Below, piece by piece: positions 10,560 to 20,930 of a stretch of 64,000 bases of DNA. Source of the stretch: Pseudomonadota bacterium (lineage in GTDB: Bacteria > Bdellovibrionota > Bdellovibrionia > Bdellovibrionales > Bdellovibrionaceae); contig JBEGVH010000006.1 of the NCBI GenBank assembly GCA_041178425.1, positions 160,001 to 224,000 of the forward strand. The letters run 5' to 3'. The stretch's first letter is position 1, and each line of letters starts with the position of its first letter. A program made the translations under genes and the position numbers. The notes beneath the pieces are model-generated. The model saw only the letters and a list, made by a program, of their open reading frames with translations. It ran no database searches and was not told the origin of the DNA.

Positions 10560-12098
10560 TCAGTAAAATTCAACCATATCAAAATCATTGATATGACCGA
10601 GTTCTTGTTCAGTCAATCTTCTCCCAATGGGTGTGTCGGCACTGATATAACCTAAAAAATCATGGTAGGTGCTATTGTCTTGAAGAGATGCTTCGTTCTG
10701 AATCTCATCACGGGAGTCTAGGATCAGAACCTTTAGGAATTTTTCATCGGGTGTTTTCTCAAGAACCTTTATAGGCGTGCCCGGTCGCATGGGTTTTTCG
10801 TTGGGGAAAAGCTCCGAGTAATAGAGGCTGCCTTCCTCATTGGGGAGGGGCTCTCGGTAGATGTTGGTTGCTTGCAATGTTACATCTATGGTTTGTAGAG
10901 TTGTTGCCGCAGTTTCGAAGTAGCTCACGAGTTCTCTTGCTCGAGATGCTCCTTTGCTATCAATCAATAGGTTCTGTTCGCGGTCGGCAATTAACTTTGT
11001 TATTTTTGGAATATTCTCGATAATTTGGGTGAGGGCCTTATCAACTTCCTCGGCACTAAAGCGTTGTCTCATTACAATTAAGTGTTTAATCATGCCGATT
11101 TCAAGACCATTCATTTCCCTCCCAAAAAAACGGCTGGGCTTCTTTTCTGGGTACCTACTCAGCGATACTAACTCCGACTTATCGAGATCATAAACAAGAG
11201 GTACACCTTTGGTCGCATTTCGACCCAGGAGAATACTGGTGTTAAATAACGGTCGATACTTTTCAGTTTGATTTTTGGGTTCTGACCTGACTCTTATGTT
11301 GATGTCGTCATTCATAATCAAGGTATCGAATGCGAATAAAAGAGCCGTTTTTTCTAAATCAAGTTCTACTTTACCCTCGAGAAATTCGCTCGAAACGTCT
11401 TTAACTCTTAAACGTTCAAAGAGGGGTTTGTCATTTTCAATCAGTAGGGCTTGTTTTTCTTTTAGAGATTTGATGTTACCATTAGCAAATTGTTGTTGGT
11501 AATTAATCTCTGCCCTCTGAATGTGTGGAGTGGGTAATCCTAATATTTCTGCTATTTCGTAGCCGAGAGCTTCACGAAAAGGGGCTTCTGGAGTGTTGTA
11601 AAATCCCGAAGTATTGATCCGTAAACCTTTGATACCGGAAAATAGGGTGGATTCGGTCTCTTGTTTTTTACTGAGCTTCAATTTGAGCTTCGGAAATTTA
11701 GCTGCATCGGCCGACGACATACCACGGATTTTAACTTTTCCTGTCAATGCATCGATTGAGTTCTTTTTAAGCCCCACATTGTCAAGCTCGACAGCCACTC
11801 CGAATTGATCGTAGGGCCTCTTTTCACCGGTCCAATTACCACCCCCGGAGAGGCGCTTAGCTTTCGCAAAATCTCCCGTCATCGTAAATTGAATGGCTCC
11901 TGCGTGGTCTAGATTGGATGAAAAAATGACTGAACGATCAATCTTAATCGTATTTTGTTTAGTAGGGTGTTTGAGGGCTTCCTGACAGAGATGGCTGGGG
12001 CTTGCCAAGACCCACTGACTAAAAACGAGGGCGCTTCCAAATAGGATCAAAGACGTGAAATTTGGTCGAGATTCTGATTTGGCCGAGCTGAATTTCAT
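10560..12098 (-). CDS. Secreted protein with CotH-kinase-like motifs
   Basis: ATG 12098 with AAGGGAG RBS; signal peptide; RG..., FPKLKLK, REALGYEI...LGLPTP, LLIE, LIMNDD, YDLD. Confidence 0.55.
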   Translation of the reverse strand: MKFSSAKSESRPNFTSLILFGSALVFSQWVLASPSHLCQEALKHPTKQNTIKIDRSVIFSSNLDHAGAIQFTMTGDFAKAKRLSGGGNWTGEKRPYDQFGVAVELDNVGLKKNSIDALTGKVKIRGMSSADAAKFPKLKLKLSKKQETESTLFSGIKGLRINTSGFYNTPEAPFREALGYEIAEILGLPTPHIQRAEINYQQQFANGNIKSLKEKQALLIENDKPLFERLRVKDVSSEFLEGKVELDLEKTALLFAFDTLIMNDDINIRVRSEPKNQTEKYRPLFNTSILLGRNATKGVPLVYDLDKSELVSLSRYPEKKPSRFFGREMNGLEIGMIKHLIVMRQRFSAEEVDKALTQIIENIPKITKLIADREQNLLIDSKGASRARELVSYFETAATTLQTIDVTLQATNIYREPLPNEEGSLYYSELFPNEKPMRPGTPIKVLEKTPDEKFLKVLILDSRDEIQNEASLQDNSTYHDFLGYISADTPIGRRLTEQELGHINDFDMVEFY

Positions 12099-12183
12099 TG
12101 CTGCTCCCTTTTTAGTTTTCGCGAAAGAGACCCAAATATTCAAAAAATAGACCAACTTTTTAGCAAATATAACGGTTGCGGGC

Positions 12184-12200
12184 TGTCTCACAATTAGACA
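12184..12200. promoter_or_regulatory. Palindromic operator candidate TGTC-N9-GACA
   Basis: CTGTCT-N7-AGACAG between divergent genes; related sites at 8567, 37474 and 63271. Confidence 0.4.
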
Positions 12201-12265
12201 GTAGTCACAAGGTGTGGCATCTCCTTATCGATCGATTTTAAATGCCTTCAAAATTTCTAAAATAC

Positions 12266-12293
12266 TTTAGACCTTCCTTTGAAGTTCCGAAAA
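12266..12293 (+). promoter_or_regulatory. sigma28-like promoter
   Basis: TTTAG-N15-TCCGAAAA, 7 nt before ATG 12301. Confidence 0.45.
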
Positions 12294-12300
12294 ATGATCT

Positions 12301-13431
12301 ATGTTTTTGAAATGTTTTTTTATGATTAGCCTTTTTTTCTATTTGCAGGTTTTTGCTGAAGAACAGTTTCTGGAATGCACCGAGAAGGTTATCCTAAAGA
12401 GCTGCAGTAGCAAAAGCGGTAATGTGCGATCCTTGAGTGAAGCCTCCTTGGCGATAAAAACAAATGCGTGTCAGGAGCAGCTAACCAACCTCGACTGCGA
12501 TGGTTTTTTCAAGGAGTACCCAGAGTTTGCTCAAGATCGAATGCAATGCTCAGTGGGTGAGGTCTGTGAACAGGGCAAGGTGACAGCTTTTTTTGAAGGA
12601 TGCCGCGACTACGGAATAGAAATCAAAGACTCTTTTCTTGCCGAACTCAAAGAAAATCTCCGTTGCCTACGAGATCAAACCTGTTTTGCAAACAAGCAGC
12701 GACAGCAAATTCTAGTGCCGACCTTTTTATTTTTTCATTCCCTTGTTAACTGGAAGGGTCAGTTAAGTCAGACAAAAAAGGCGATTCTCAAAGACTACGA
12801 GAATTATCGTCATCTCAACTGCCTTAATAAAAAATTTAGGAACCAGTTTCTTTGTCATTTGCAAGTAAAATACGGTGCGGCCGTCCTCTCAACAAGTCCA
12901 ACGGGGATGGGAGCAAAGGAGCTCATCAAGGTCAGAAATCTCGAAGCGAAACTAGCTCGCTTTAAGGCAGCCTCAAAAACAAATAGCTTTGAAAATCTCC
13001 AGCAGGCCTTCGAAAAGTCAGATGACGTCTTTCTTATGAAAGGCGGTAGACCAAGGTCAATGATAGATGGGCTTGAGAAAAACAAAAGCTATACCGTGAT
13101 TTTTTACGAAGATCGTTTGGTTCTTGGTGACGATTATTTTGGCCCCGATGGAAATCGAAAAGCGTCGCACGTGAAATTGCTCACAGACACCACGCTCTTC
13201 ATAAATAAAGGAAGACCCGCTAAGGGCTATGATAACTTAGGCTACAAAGATCGCGGTGGAACCGTTAAGATTTACGATGATGGGAGCATCGATGTTTCTG
13301 GGTACCACCTCGGTAACGATAGCGCCTTAGCAGCCGATAAAATCGCTGAACACATCTCTAAGATATTTCCAGACAGTGTAATTCGTAAAACTCCTGGGCG
13401 GCTTGACACCTTGCCACCGAAGGGCAAATAA
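12301..13431 (+). CDS. Cys-rich secreted hypothetical protein
   Basis: 376 aa ORF; signal peptide; about 10 Cys in the N-terminal half. Confidence 0.75.
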   Translation: MFLKCFFMISLFFYLQVFAEEQFLECTEKVILKSCSSKSGNVRSLSEASLAIKTNACQEQLTNLDCDGFFKEYPEFAQDRMQCSVGEVCEQGKVTAFFEGCRDYGIEIKDSFLAELKENLRCLRDQTCFANKQRQQILVPTFLFFHSLVNWKGQLSQTKKAILKDYENYRHLNCLNKKFRNQFLCHLQVKYGAAVLSTSPTGMGAKELIKVRNLEAKLARFKAASKTNSFENLQQAFEKSDDVFLMKGGRPRSMIDGLEKNKSYTVIFYEDRLVLGDDYFGPDGNRKASHVKLLTDTTLFINKGRPAKGYDNLGYKDRGGTVKIYDDGSIDVSGYHLGNDSALAADKIAEHISKIFPDSVIRKTPGRLDTLPPKGK

Positions 13432-13484
13432 GTTTCTTGCCGAATAAAATAAAAAATGTTTACCTTTTTTGGTATGGAGGCCAA

Positions 13485-15686
13485 ATGAAACATTTTTTTT
13501 CTCAGTCTCGCTTCAAGCAAAAACTCATTGGCTACTTGGTGATGTGGGCTCTTTTGCTTTCGGGAGATTGTGGGTATTCGCAATCCAATCCCCAGGTCTT
13601 CGGTAATACCCATCAAGAAAAAGATCGCGATGAACAAATAAATAAGCACTATTTTTTATCGAATGATTATGACGAAATGGCTGCCCCCAATGTCAGCTTT
13701 CAAAATCCGGGAACCATGGTTCAAGCGCATAATCGCGGTACCTTTTATGCTTCACATTCATCGATTTTTAAAGACGATGAGGGACGCTACCATACCTTTT
13801 ACTGCACTTCAGTAAAGCCCTTTGTGCAGAATGAAAGTCCGGGTTGGGATACCAATGAAGCAACAACCTTTTATGCCGCCGATGCTGTTCGTTATGAAAG
13901 TTTCGATGCCAATTCGATGAAGTCCTTGACCGGTGCCATCACGTTTTTGGTGGGTTCGTTCGAGATCAAACCGCAATTTGGCGTAAATACCATCAAAATG
14001 GTTCAATCACCATGCACCAGCAGTACCGTTAAGTTTAATAATTATTATTACACATTCTTTGAATCTTTTACGGAGGGGAGTCACTACGCGCAAATGGTTA
14101 GTATCCACGTGGCCCGCAGTGCCACGCCTGGCGAGAATCCTGAAGTTTTAACTGTTCAGGGATGGCAGCCCCTTCGCACGACCAAAGTGGCATGGAAGCC
14201 CGTCATAACATCCTCTGTATTTAATGATTATCCAAAACACAGAGACTTGATTAACACTGGAGCTCAAGCCGCTCGAGATAATTGGGGAGTTAATAGCTAC
14301 GGCAATTTTTTATGGGGAATGGGCGTTCCATCGGCGGTTGTTCGAGAGGGGCGAATCTATCTGGTAGGGTGGGATAATGTTTATTTTCCGGAGGCGTGTC
14401 GATTAGTAAAAACCAATGGTCGATGGGAGACGGCTGCAAATTCCAGATGTGGCCGCAATCGCATAGTTTCCTCACTCGATGGCGAGAATTTCCAGACAGT
14501 AGCAACACCCGATTTTACACCTGGGGGTGATCTTAAACTTGTTAATGATCCTCAGTCAGATCAGCACGGAAATTTTGCCTTTTTTTGGAATTACGCAGAT
14601 GCCAACCTAAAAAGTCAGCGAAAAATAGGTTTGAGCGTTTCTTTTGCCACACCGGATTTTAAGGGGTGGAGTCCAGCTTATCAATTAGGGCATTTTCCTT
14701 CGCGTGTTTCAGATGCGGCCTATAATGATTTAGGTGGGGTATTTTCTCCTCGGGTTGCCGGGAATGCTTACGGTGAAATTGCGCCGACCACTGCGCCAAT
14801 TTTGCTTCAATTGGCTATGCCTCGCACGGCGGCTTACTCCAAACCTCAATCGATAGCAGAAAATCGCGAAATTTACTCCTGGCTCATTCAGCTTAATTCT
14901 AAACTTAGTCCCGAAGCCCGGCCTGTTCAAGTGGGTGACCCTGGTCAGGTGGCCGATGCTCCCGTCGTGCCTTCGATTGTTTCAGGAATGATTTTAAAAG
15001 ATAATGCTGGTAAACACAGTCTCAACCTTTGCGGTACTTCTTTTACAAACCAAGCCGCTGTGAGATTAAAGTGGAGTCATCTCAGTTCCGACATTTGGTA
15101 CTCACCAACATCTAACACAAATCGAGCCATTCATTACATTGGAACCATACCCACATCGAACAATCATCCTCCTTTTTGTATTTTTCTGAGTTTGAAAGAG
15201 ACAGAGGTAAACTATTTGCGCAATGGCAATACGGTTTCCGCTCAAGTTCATCAGGTCAGTAACAACACCACCTCGGCGGCCCGCCTCTATAAGGCGTCTG
15301 ACTTGCCTGAGAGCCAGCCTTTGCCACCACCGCCTCCGGCTGAAAAGCCCTTCAAAATTATCGGTCCCAAAGCCGGAGCGAAAAACGTTTCGCTTAATCC
15401 AACGTTGAGCTGGACCTCTGAGAACCCACACTTCGTGCATTTTATGGTTGATGTTTCAGACAAACAAAACTTTTCCAGGTTTTGGAATCACGAAGGGGAC
15501 CCTGCAACTCAATCGATTCAATATTTTGGAAAAGATAATGGTTGGGGTAAAGAAGGCAAAAGTCCCATTGAAGCACCTTCTCCATTAAAACCAAATACCT
15601 TTTATTGGATCCGAGTGTCAGCCTTTGATGAAAATTGGAAAATCTTAAAAACAACAGAGAAGATTAAGTTCAGAACCCAAAAGTAA
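13485..15686 (+). CDS. Large secreted protein, possible beta-propeller hydrolase with C-terminal Fn3-like domain
   Basis: ATG 13485 with GGAGG RBS; SSLDGENF Asp-box-like motif; Pro linker; PTLSW...LKPNTFYWIRVSA. Confidence 0.6.
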   Translation: MKHFFSQSRFKQKLIGYLVMWALLLSGDCGYSQSNPQVFGNTHQEKDRDEQINKHYFLSNDYDEMAAPNVSFQNPGTMVQAHNRGTFYASHSSIFKDDEGRYHTFYCTSVKPFVQNESPGWDTNEATTFYAADAVRYESFDANSMKSLTGAITFLVGSFEIKPQFGVNTIKMVQSPCTSSTVKFNNYYYTFFESFTEGSHYAQMVSIHVARSATPGENPEVLTVQGWQPLRTTKVAWKPVITSSVFNDYPKHRDLINTGAQAARDNWGVNSYGNFLWGMGVPSAVVREGRIYLVGWDNVYFPEACRLVKTNGRWETAANSRCGRNRIVSSLDGENFQTVATPDFTPGGDLKLVNDPQSDQHGNFAFFWNYADANLKSQRKIGLSVSFATPDFKGWSPAYQLGHFPSRVSDAAYNDLGGVFSPRVAGNAYGEIAPTTAPILLQLAMPRTAAYSKPQSIAENREIYSWLIQLNSKLSPEARPVQVGDPGQVADAPVVPSIVSGMILKDNAGKHSLNLCGTSFTNQAAVRLKWSHLSSDIWYSPTSNTNRAIHYIGTIPTSNNHPPFCIFLSLKETEVNYLRNGNTVSAQVHQVSNNTTSAARLYKASDLPESQPLPPPPPAEKPFKIIGPKAGAKNVSLNPTLSWTSENPHFVHFMVDVSDKQNFSRFWNHEGDPATQSIQYFGKDNGWGKEGKSPIEAPSPLKPNTFYWIRVSAFDENWKILKTTEKIKFRTQK

Positions 15687-15801
15687 ATGGACTCGGCAAA
15701 AGCATCGATGGCGGTGCCAAAAAATGGTCCTCACTATGGCGAAGTTATACTGTTTTCGAATTCCCGCGACCTTCGTGATTAGTTCGAGTTAGATTCACCC
15801 G

Positions 15802-16317
15802 ATGGAAAATAGTCATTGTACGGGATGTGGATCAAAAGCGCGACTAACTTGTGAATGCTGTGGAGCTTCGGTTTGCAAGTACTGTATGCAATTTATCTCC
15901 GAGGAACGTTTTTCTCTCCAGCCGGAACTGGCGAAGAGGATTCCTCATGCATCGTATTGTCCATCTTGTTTTGATAGTCAGGTGGCAAATATTGTGACAA
16001 CGTACGAACACACAGTTGAACGAGCCCGCGATATTTTGGTCTATGAAAAGACTCAGGGCAAAGAAACACGTTTTTTCAAACGCACAGAAAAACCAGTTCG
16101 TGTGGAAAAATGCGAAGATCGTGCTGAGACACTTCTTCGCCTAGCTTTTTATGCGGCGGCGGCTGGGTTTAATGGGCTGATTGATGTCGATATTAAGGCA
16201 GAGAAGCTTCGCAATGGGTCTTATCAAAAAACAGTCTGGTCGGGCAGCGGTATACCTACCAATATTGAATCGCGCAAAGTTATGAAAGACCGTTCGATTT
16301 GGCACAATCCTAACTGA
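15802..16317 (+). CDS. Zinc-finger hypothetical protein with YbjQ-like C-terminal domain
   Basis: Four CxxC pairs; C-terminal LAFYAAAAGFNGLIDV...WSGSG. Confidence 0.7.
   Translation: MENSHCTGCGSKARLTCECCGASVCKYCMQFISEERFSLQPELAKRIPHASYCPSCFDSQVANIVTTYEHTVERARDILVYEKTQGKETRFFKRTEKPVRVEKCEDRAETLLRLAFYAAAAGFNGLIDVDIKAEKLRNGSYQKTVWSGSGIPTNIESRKVMKDRSIWHNPN
16228..16317 (+). repeat. Direct repeat copy 1 (3' end of 15802-16317 gene)
   Basis: About 90 bp matching 17453-17542 with 7 substitutions. Confidence 0.9.
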
Positions 16318-16501
16318 GATCGAATTTAAACCTGCTACTTTTTGCCTGGCTGTAAAAATCTAGTACCCGAATTGCGAATTTTACCCTATTTTGCCGAGGC
16401 GCGATCTCGCGCAATCTATCTTGCGAGCCCTATCTCGTAAGCAGGTTCTATTAAGCATTGGCCATCCTCTGGGTTTGGAGCTCAGGAGGGAAGGAGTACT
16501 C

Positions 16502-17431
16502 ATGGAAAATCATAGCAGCTACGCTGTTTCTACATTCTATTTTTTCAAAACACTCGATAATCTCGAAAGGGTGAAAGCTCAGGTGGAGGAATGCGCGAAG
16601 GCTCAATCGGTCACGGGCCTTTGCATCTTGGGAACAGAAGGCTTCAATTCCACCGTGGCTGCTCCGGGACGAGAGGCGATGCAGGCCTTTCAAACGTTTA
16701 TCAAGGAGTACTTTGCGCTTCCGGATCTTTTTTTTAAAGATTCTGAAAGTCATAAGAAACCTTTTCGCCGCTTTAAAATTAAGGTTCGTGAAGAGATCGT
16801 TACTTTGGGGACCCCCGAATTAGTGCCCGATCAAAAAAAGAATCATCATCTGACGCCCGAAGAATGGAACAAAGTTCTCAAAGAAGAAAAAGACTTTCTT
16901 TTGATTGATACTCGTAATTGGTACGAAACCCAGATGGGGACCTTCAAAGGCGCAGTCAATCCTCGCATTGATAAGTTCACGGAGTTTCCTGAATTTGTCG
17001 AGCAGCAAAAAATTGGAAAAGATAAGAAAATGTTGATTTTCTGCACTGGAGGAATTCGCTGTGAAAAGGGCATTCTTGAACTTCAAAGGCAGGGCTTTCA
17101 GAATGTCTACCAATTAGAGGGCGGCATTATCAATTATCTCAAGAAGTTTCCTGACGATCAATTTGAGGGAGAGTGTTTTGTTTTTGATCATCGAGTCGCT
17201 TTAGATCAGCATTTGCACCCCAGCGAAACTTACGGTTTGTGTCCTCATTGCGGTCAGCCGGCCAAAACAAAAATTGCCTGTCGACGTTGTGATACGGAGG
17301 CATTGATCTGCGAGGATTGCCTCGAGCTGGAATGGAAAAAAGAGACTTGCTCTAAAAATTGCGCCTATCATTTAGAATTGCATCCTGATCGCAAAGGAGA
17401 GCGCCAAGTTCCTGCCTATGAGGAGGAGTAA
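16502..17431 (+). CDS. trhO: Rhodanese-domain tRNA uridine(34) hydroxylase (TrhO/YceA)
   Basis: EG.N.T, KVREEIV, IDTRNWYE..GTFKGA, FCTGGIRCEK, QLEGGI..Y, CFVFD.R; ATG 16502 with GGAG RBS. Confidence 0.88.
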   Translation: MENHSSYAVSTFYFFKTLDNLERVKAQVEECAKAQSVTGLCILGTEGFNSTVAAPGREAMQAFQTFIKEYFALPDLFFKDSESHKKPFRRFKIKVREEIVTLGTPELVPDQKKNHHLTPEEWNKVLKEEKDFLLIDTRNWYETQMGTFKGAVNPRIDKFTEFPEFVEQQKIGKDKKMLIFCTGGIRCEKGILELQRQGFQNVYQLEGGIINYLKKFPDDQFEGECFVFDHRVALDQHLHPSETYGLCPHCGQPAKTKIACRRCDTEALICEDCLELEWKKETCSKNCAYHLELHPDRKGERQVPAYEEE

Positions 17432-17452
17432 GAGGAACGGGGACGGAATCCA

Positions 17453-17542
17453 AAAACGGTCTGGTCGGGCAGCGGTATTCCCAACAATATTGAATCGCGA
17501 AAAGTTATGAAAGACCGTTCTATTTGGCACAATCCGAACTGA
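17453..17542 (+). repeat. Direct repeat copy 2: orphan 3' end of the upstream zinc-finger gene
   Basis: Encodes KTVWSGSGIPNNIESRKVMKDRSIWHNPN* with no start codon. Confidence 0.9.
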
Positions 17543-17591
17543 TATTGTTGCATCCTCCAAGGTTTCCTGAAATCACAACCCCTATTTTGGT

Positions 17592-20500
17592 CTATCGATT
17601 CAGAATCTGCAACCTGTCTGCATCCGATATCGGGTCATTCAAGTTGCCTGATTTAGAGGGAAGAGTGCTTTTGGGAGTAAAGCCGCCGCAGGAAACACCC
17701 GCCCGACTTAACAGCAACATTGGATCACCGAGGAGTGCTCCCGAAGTAGCATCATAGAATTTGTTTAATTGGCCATGAAATGAATCAATTGAGCGTAATT
17801 GTTCTTCGGTGACTTGTCCAGCGAGGTACAATGGAGATTGAAGGGGCTGTCGTCGAGGATCTAACATCGTGCAGGACTGCCCAGGTTCTAGTGCTGCTAG
17901 ACTTAAGCCTCGCCGCTCCGAAGTCGTGTGACAGCTTATACAAAAAGCGTTACTGCGGTAGTCGATGCGGTTCGCATTCCAACTCAGACGACCATCATCC
18001 AAACCACCTTCTGCTTTTGGAGTAGCATACAAGATGGCCTCTCGTAGTGAGTGCAGGCCCTCCGCTTCCCGCAAAAGAGAGCGGTAAATACCCATGTGAT
18101 CACTATAATCGACAGAACAAACGAATCGTGCGTTGCCAGGAATAGCATACTCATTGACGTATGATTGTGGAATTTGATTGAAAATCTCTTGATGAACAGC
18201 CACCTCATAGAAGTTTGCCACGCTATGCCAGTGAGCTGAAGCGCCTTCCTTCAACCAGTGGAGGGAACCAAAAGCATGGTTACAAATAACTTCTGCTGTG
18301 GGGATATAAGCAAAAAGCTTCAACTCATCAATCCAGCCACGAAAGCCAGCGAGAGAATCATCGGGACTTTGTTTGCCAATACGCAACACAATCTTGCCTT
18401 TGCTGGATGTCGGATTAAACAAGCCAAAGAGTGATTTTTTACTGGTGAAAGATTGTTTTTTCATTCCATTCAAATAAACACTGCCCGATTTTCCGTCGGC
18501 TGCGACGGCAATACCCAGATGGAACCACTTTTGTTTAGCTGTGGGTAAGGGTATCACAACGCTGAGATCCCCTTTCTTAAAACGTATAACCGTGGGGTTG
18601 AGCAACACTTTCGTACCATCAGGAAAGCTCAACAACTGGCGATTGGTGTCGTTAGCGCTGCGACTATCGAAAAACATCGAGAGAAAGAGGTTCGTCGACT
18701 TCACGGCTCTTGGGAATTCATAACTGAGAGTGTTGTTGCCATCTAACCATAAGCCTCGCCCATGGATGCCCCCGAGAGCAACTGGTTCCACACGTCCACT
18801 CGTGAGGTGCCCATAAGTGGGAATTGGTAGGTCAGGCGAGGTCGCAGCGTTTTGTATCAGAATCGCGCGATTTTGTTGATCGATCTTGTTGTCATTTTCG
18901 CCATCGAACCCATCTCGATAGTACCAACCATCGTATCGTGCCCAAGTGGCATTAATGAACTCAACACCAGCCATCATCGAAGACACAATAAGGGCACGTG
19001 GATCAAGATAGTCATCAAAAACAATTTCATCGCTGCCAGCTGCATTGTTCACAGTCCAAACAAGGTCTCGAGGCAGAGTAGGGCGCAAAAAACGATAGGT
19101 GTTGGTCAAATTTTCTAGAGAATCAATGACGTTCGAAGTTTGACTCATCCCTTTGATCTCAGCGTTCTCACTGTAGCTTTCCAGTTGATTGTCGATTCCC
19201 GAACCGCCAGGCCCAGTATCTCTACCTGCGGCGGCCCGCACCCAACCGTCGAAGGCGCCATTTGGCTGGTAGAGTTGGATTTCGCGCTGAAACTGCAAAC
19301 CGCGTCTCAGACCATAGTCGATGTGGTTGATCATGCCATCAAGAACCACTGTTTTACCATGAGTCCATGAGCCGAGCACTGCTGCTCCACGAATATGTTC
19401 GGGGGATTCGGGATTGTAAGGGGACTGTTGGCAATTGGGAACACCAGCGATACATCGAACCGGATAACGAGACGAATTGGGGAGCATGTCTTGCTCTTGT
19501 GTATTCCGGTTTGGCTCCTCTGTGGGAATTGGGTGAAACTTCCAATCATAGCTGAACAATACGCTTCCGCCCGAAGCGAAGAAAAGATTATTACCCTCTC
19601 GATCAATCCATGGGTAAGTGGGGAACATTGCATTTTCTGGAATCAGGTTGCCAAAAGAGTCTCGCATCGGATACTCGGCAATGCCATAACGAGCTTTGCC
19701 CGAGATCGAATCTTTCATATCAGAGTCATGAGGGGCTTTTTGTATTCTTTTAATATAGGAAAATTGGCTGGCATCGCAAGGATTAGCGTTAAGTGGGGCG
19801 ACCATATAGTAAATATCAACATCGTTGTCTCCGGAGTCGTCGTTGCCGTCAATTTTCTTTATGGGTACAAAACTCATTCGAGCCACGTAAAGGCGCCCAT
19901 CGGTTGTGGCTACCGGCTCGAAAGAAAAGAAGTTTTCATTACTCATGTTATAATCGATTTCAATAGGCTGAGACTTTTCGCGAATCTCACTATTGGGCGC
20001 AGGGCGGACATCGCGAACACGGGCTTGAGCTGTTTTAGGGTTCTCCACTTCGACGATAATTTGTCGACTTCGGAAGAAACCGCGATCAAGATTCTTGTTC
20101 GGATTATTAGGACTCTTCATTGTGCGAAAGCCTACATAAGTTAGATCGTAACAGTCATTAATTCCACACTTGCGCGGTTGATCGACTTTTTTCACATGGT
20201 TACAAATCGTGCCACCAGCAAAACCAGCGTCGCTGGGATCTGATGGCTTTGAAAGAAAGTAGGGAAGATGGCTGTGCCATCCTTCAGTATCAGTGAGGAT
20301 GTTCAAACCGGGTTCGCTAAAGGGAAAGGGGCGATCAATTTTTTCGGGAGCGAGGAGATAAAGTCGAAGGTTTGACCAATTAAAGCCTAGACGTCCATCG
20401 TGGGAGGTGCGTACTGGTGGAATCGCTGGACGAACGGGCCGATAAAATTGGGGGGTCGTCTTTGCAATGGAACCATCCGGATTGCGAGTGACATCGACTT

Positions 20501-20771
20501 CAAAAACCTGATGAAGAAGTACGGGTGCATCGGGACGCTTTGCATGAGCGAAAGGTTTTGTCGCAGCCGGTTCTTTTCCAATAATTGCGGGTTGGATCAA
20601 TCCATTCGGTCGCAGTTTTTCTTCAGTATTGGCATTTAATCCATCTTCAGCAGTAGCTTCATCAAGCATCAGTTGAAACTTTAGTTGATCAGAGGGCGAA
20701 CAGTTTTGAAAAGTAATAAAGATAATTGATAGTATGGCGAAGAAAAATATTTTCATCCCTAAGTGCTGCAT
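17592..20771 (-). CDS. Large lipoprotein with LamG-like domain and C-terminal CxxCH motif (paralog 1)
   Basis: IIFITFQNC lipobox; KWFHLGI...VYLNG...FRGWIDELKLF; FCISCH. Confidence 0.75.
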   Translation of the reverse strand: MQHLGMKIFFFAILSIIFITFQNCSPSDQLKFQLMLDEATAEDGLNANTEEKLRPNGLIQPAIIGKEPAATKPFAHAKRPDAPVLLHQVFEVDVTRNPDGSIAKTTPQFYRPVRPAIPPVRTSHDGRLGFNWSNLRLYLLAPEKIDRPFPFSEPGLNILTDTEGWHSHLPYFLSKPSDPSDAGFAGGTICNHVKKVDQPRKCGINDCYDLTYVGFRTMKSPNNPNKNLDRGFFRSRQIIVEVENPKTAQARVRDVRPAPNSEIREKSQPIEIDYNMSNENFFSFEPVATTDGRLYVARMSFVPIKKIDGNDDSGDNDVDIYYMVAPLNANPCDASQFSYIKRIQKAPHDSDMKDSISGKARYGIAEYPMRDSFGNLIPENAMFPTYPWIDREGNNLFFASGGSVLFSYDWKFHPIPTEEPNRNTQEQDMLPNSSRYPVRCIAGVPNCQQSPYNPESPEHIRGAAVLGSWTHGKTVVLDGMINHIDYGLRRGLQFQREIQLYQPNGAFDGWVRAAAGRDTGPGGSGIDNQLESYSENAEIKGMSQTSNVIDSLENLTNTYRFLRPTLPRDLVWTVNNAAGSDEIVFDDYLDPRALIVSSMMAGVEFINATWARYDGWYYRDGFDGENDNKIDQQNRAILIQNAATSPDLPIPTYGHLTSGRVEPVALGGIHGRGLWLDGNNTLSYEFPRAVKSTNLFLSMFFDSRSANDTNRQLLSFPDGTKVLLNPTVIRFKKGDLSVVIPLPTAKQKWFHLGIAVAADGKSGSVYLNGMKKQSFTSKKSLFGLFNPTSSKGKIVLRIGKQSPDDSLAGFRGWIDELKLFAYIPTAEVICNHAFGSLHWLKEGASAHWHSVANFYEVAVHQEIFNQIPQSYVNEYAIPGNARFVCSVDYSDHMGIYRSLLREAEGLHSLREAILYATPKAEGGLDDGRLSWNANRIDYRSNAFCISCHTTSERRGLSLAALEPGQSCTMLDPRRQPLQSPLYLAGQVTEEQLRSIDSFHGQLNKFYDATSGALLGDPMLLLSRAGVSCGGFTPKSTLPSKSGNLNDPISDADRLQILNR

Positions 20772-20798
20772 GCATCCATCCCTAGATTCTTTTGAACG

Positions 20799-20821
20799 AA
20801 TCGATAAATTTTTTATCGATT
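20799..20821. promoter_or_regulatory. Perfect 10 bp inverted repeat overlapping a sigma28-like -10 box
   Basis: AATCGATAAA-TTT-TTTATCGATT; minus strand AAAAG-N15-ATCGATAA upstream of 20771. Confidence 0.4.
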
Positions 20822-20930
20822 GAGCTCGTTAAAGCCTTTTTCAAACTATCATATTTAGCCATCGAGGTAAGCAATTAAGCCTTCAACAGGACGAGTTGCG
20901 AGGTCGTGTAAAAAGGGATTATCCGTCCAA

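Noticed and set aside
16228..17542. DGR template/variable repeat pair
   Set aside because: Differences are not confined to adenines in either copy, are mostly synonymous, and no reverse transcriptase is in the window
19395..20144. 249 aa plus-strand ORF and the many other short overlapping ORFs in the track
   Set aside because: Antisense or out-of-frame shadows of well-supported genes, with no recognisable motifs
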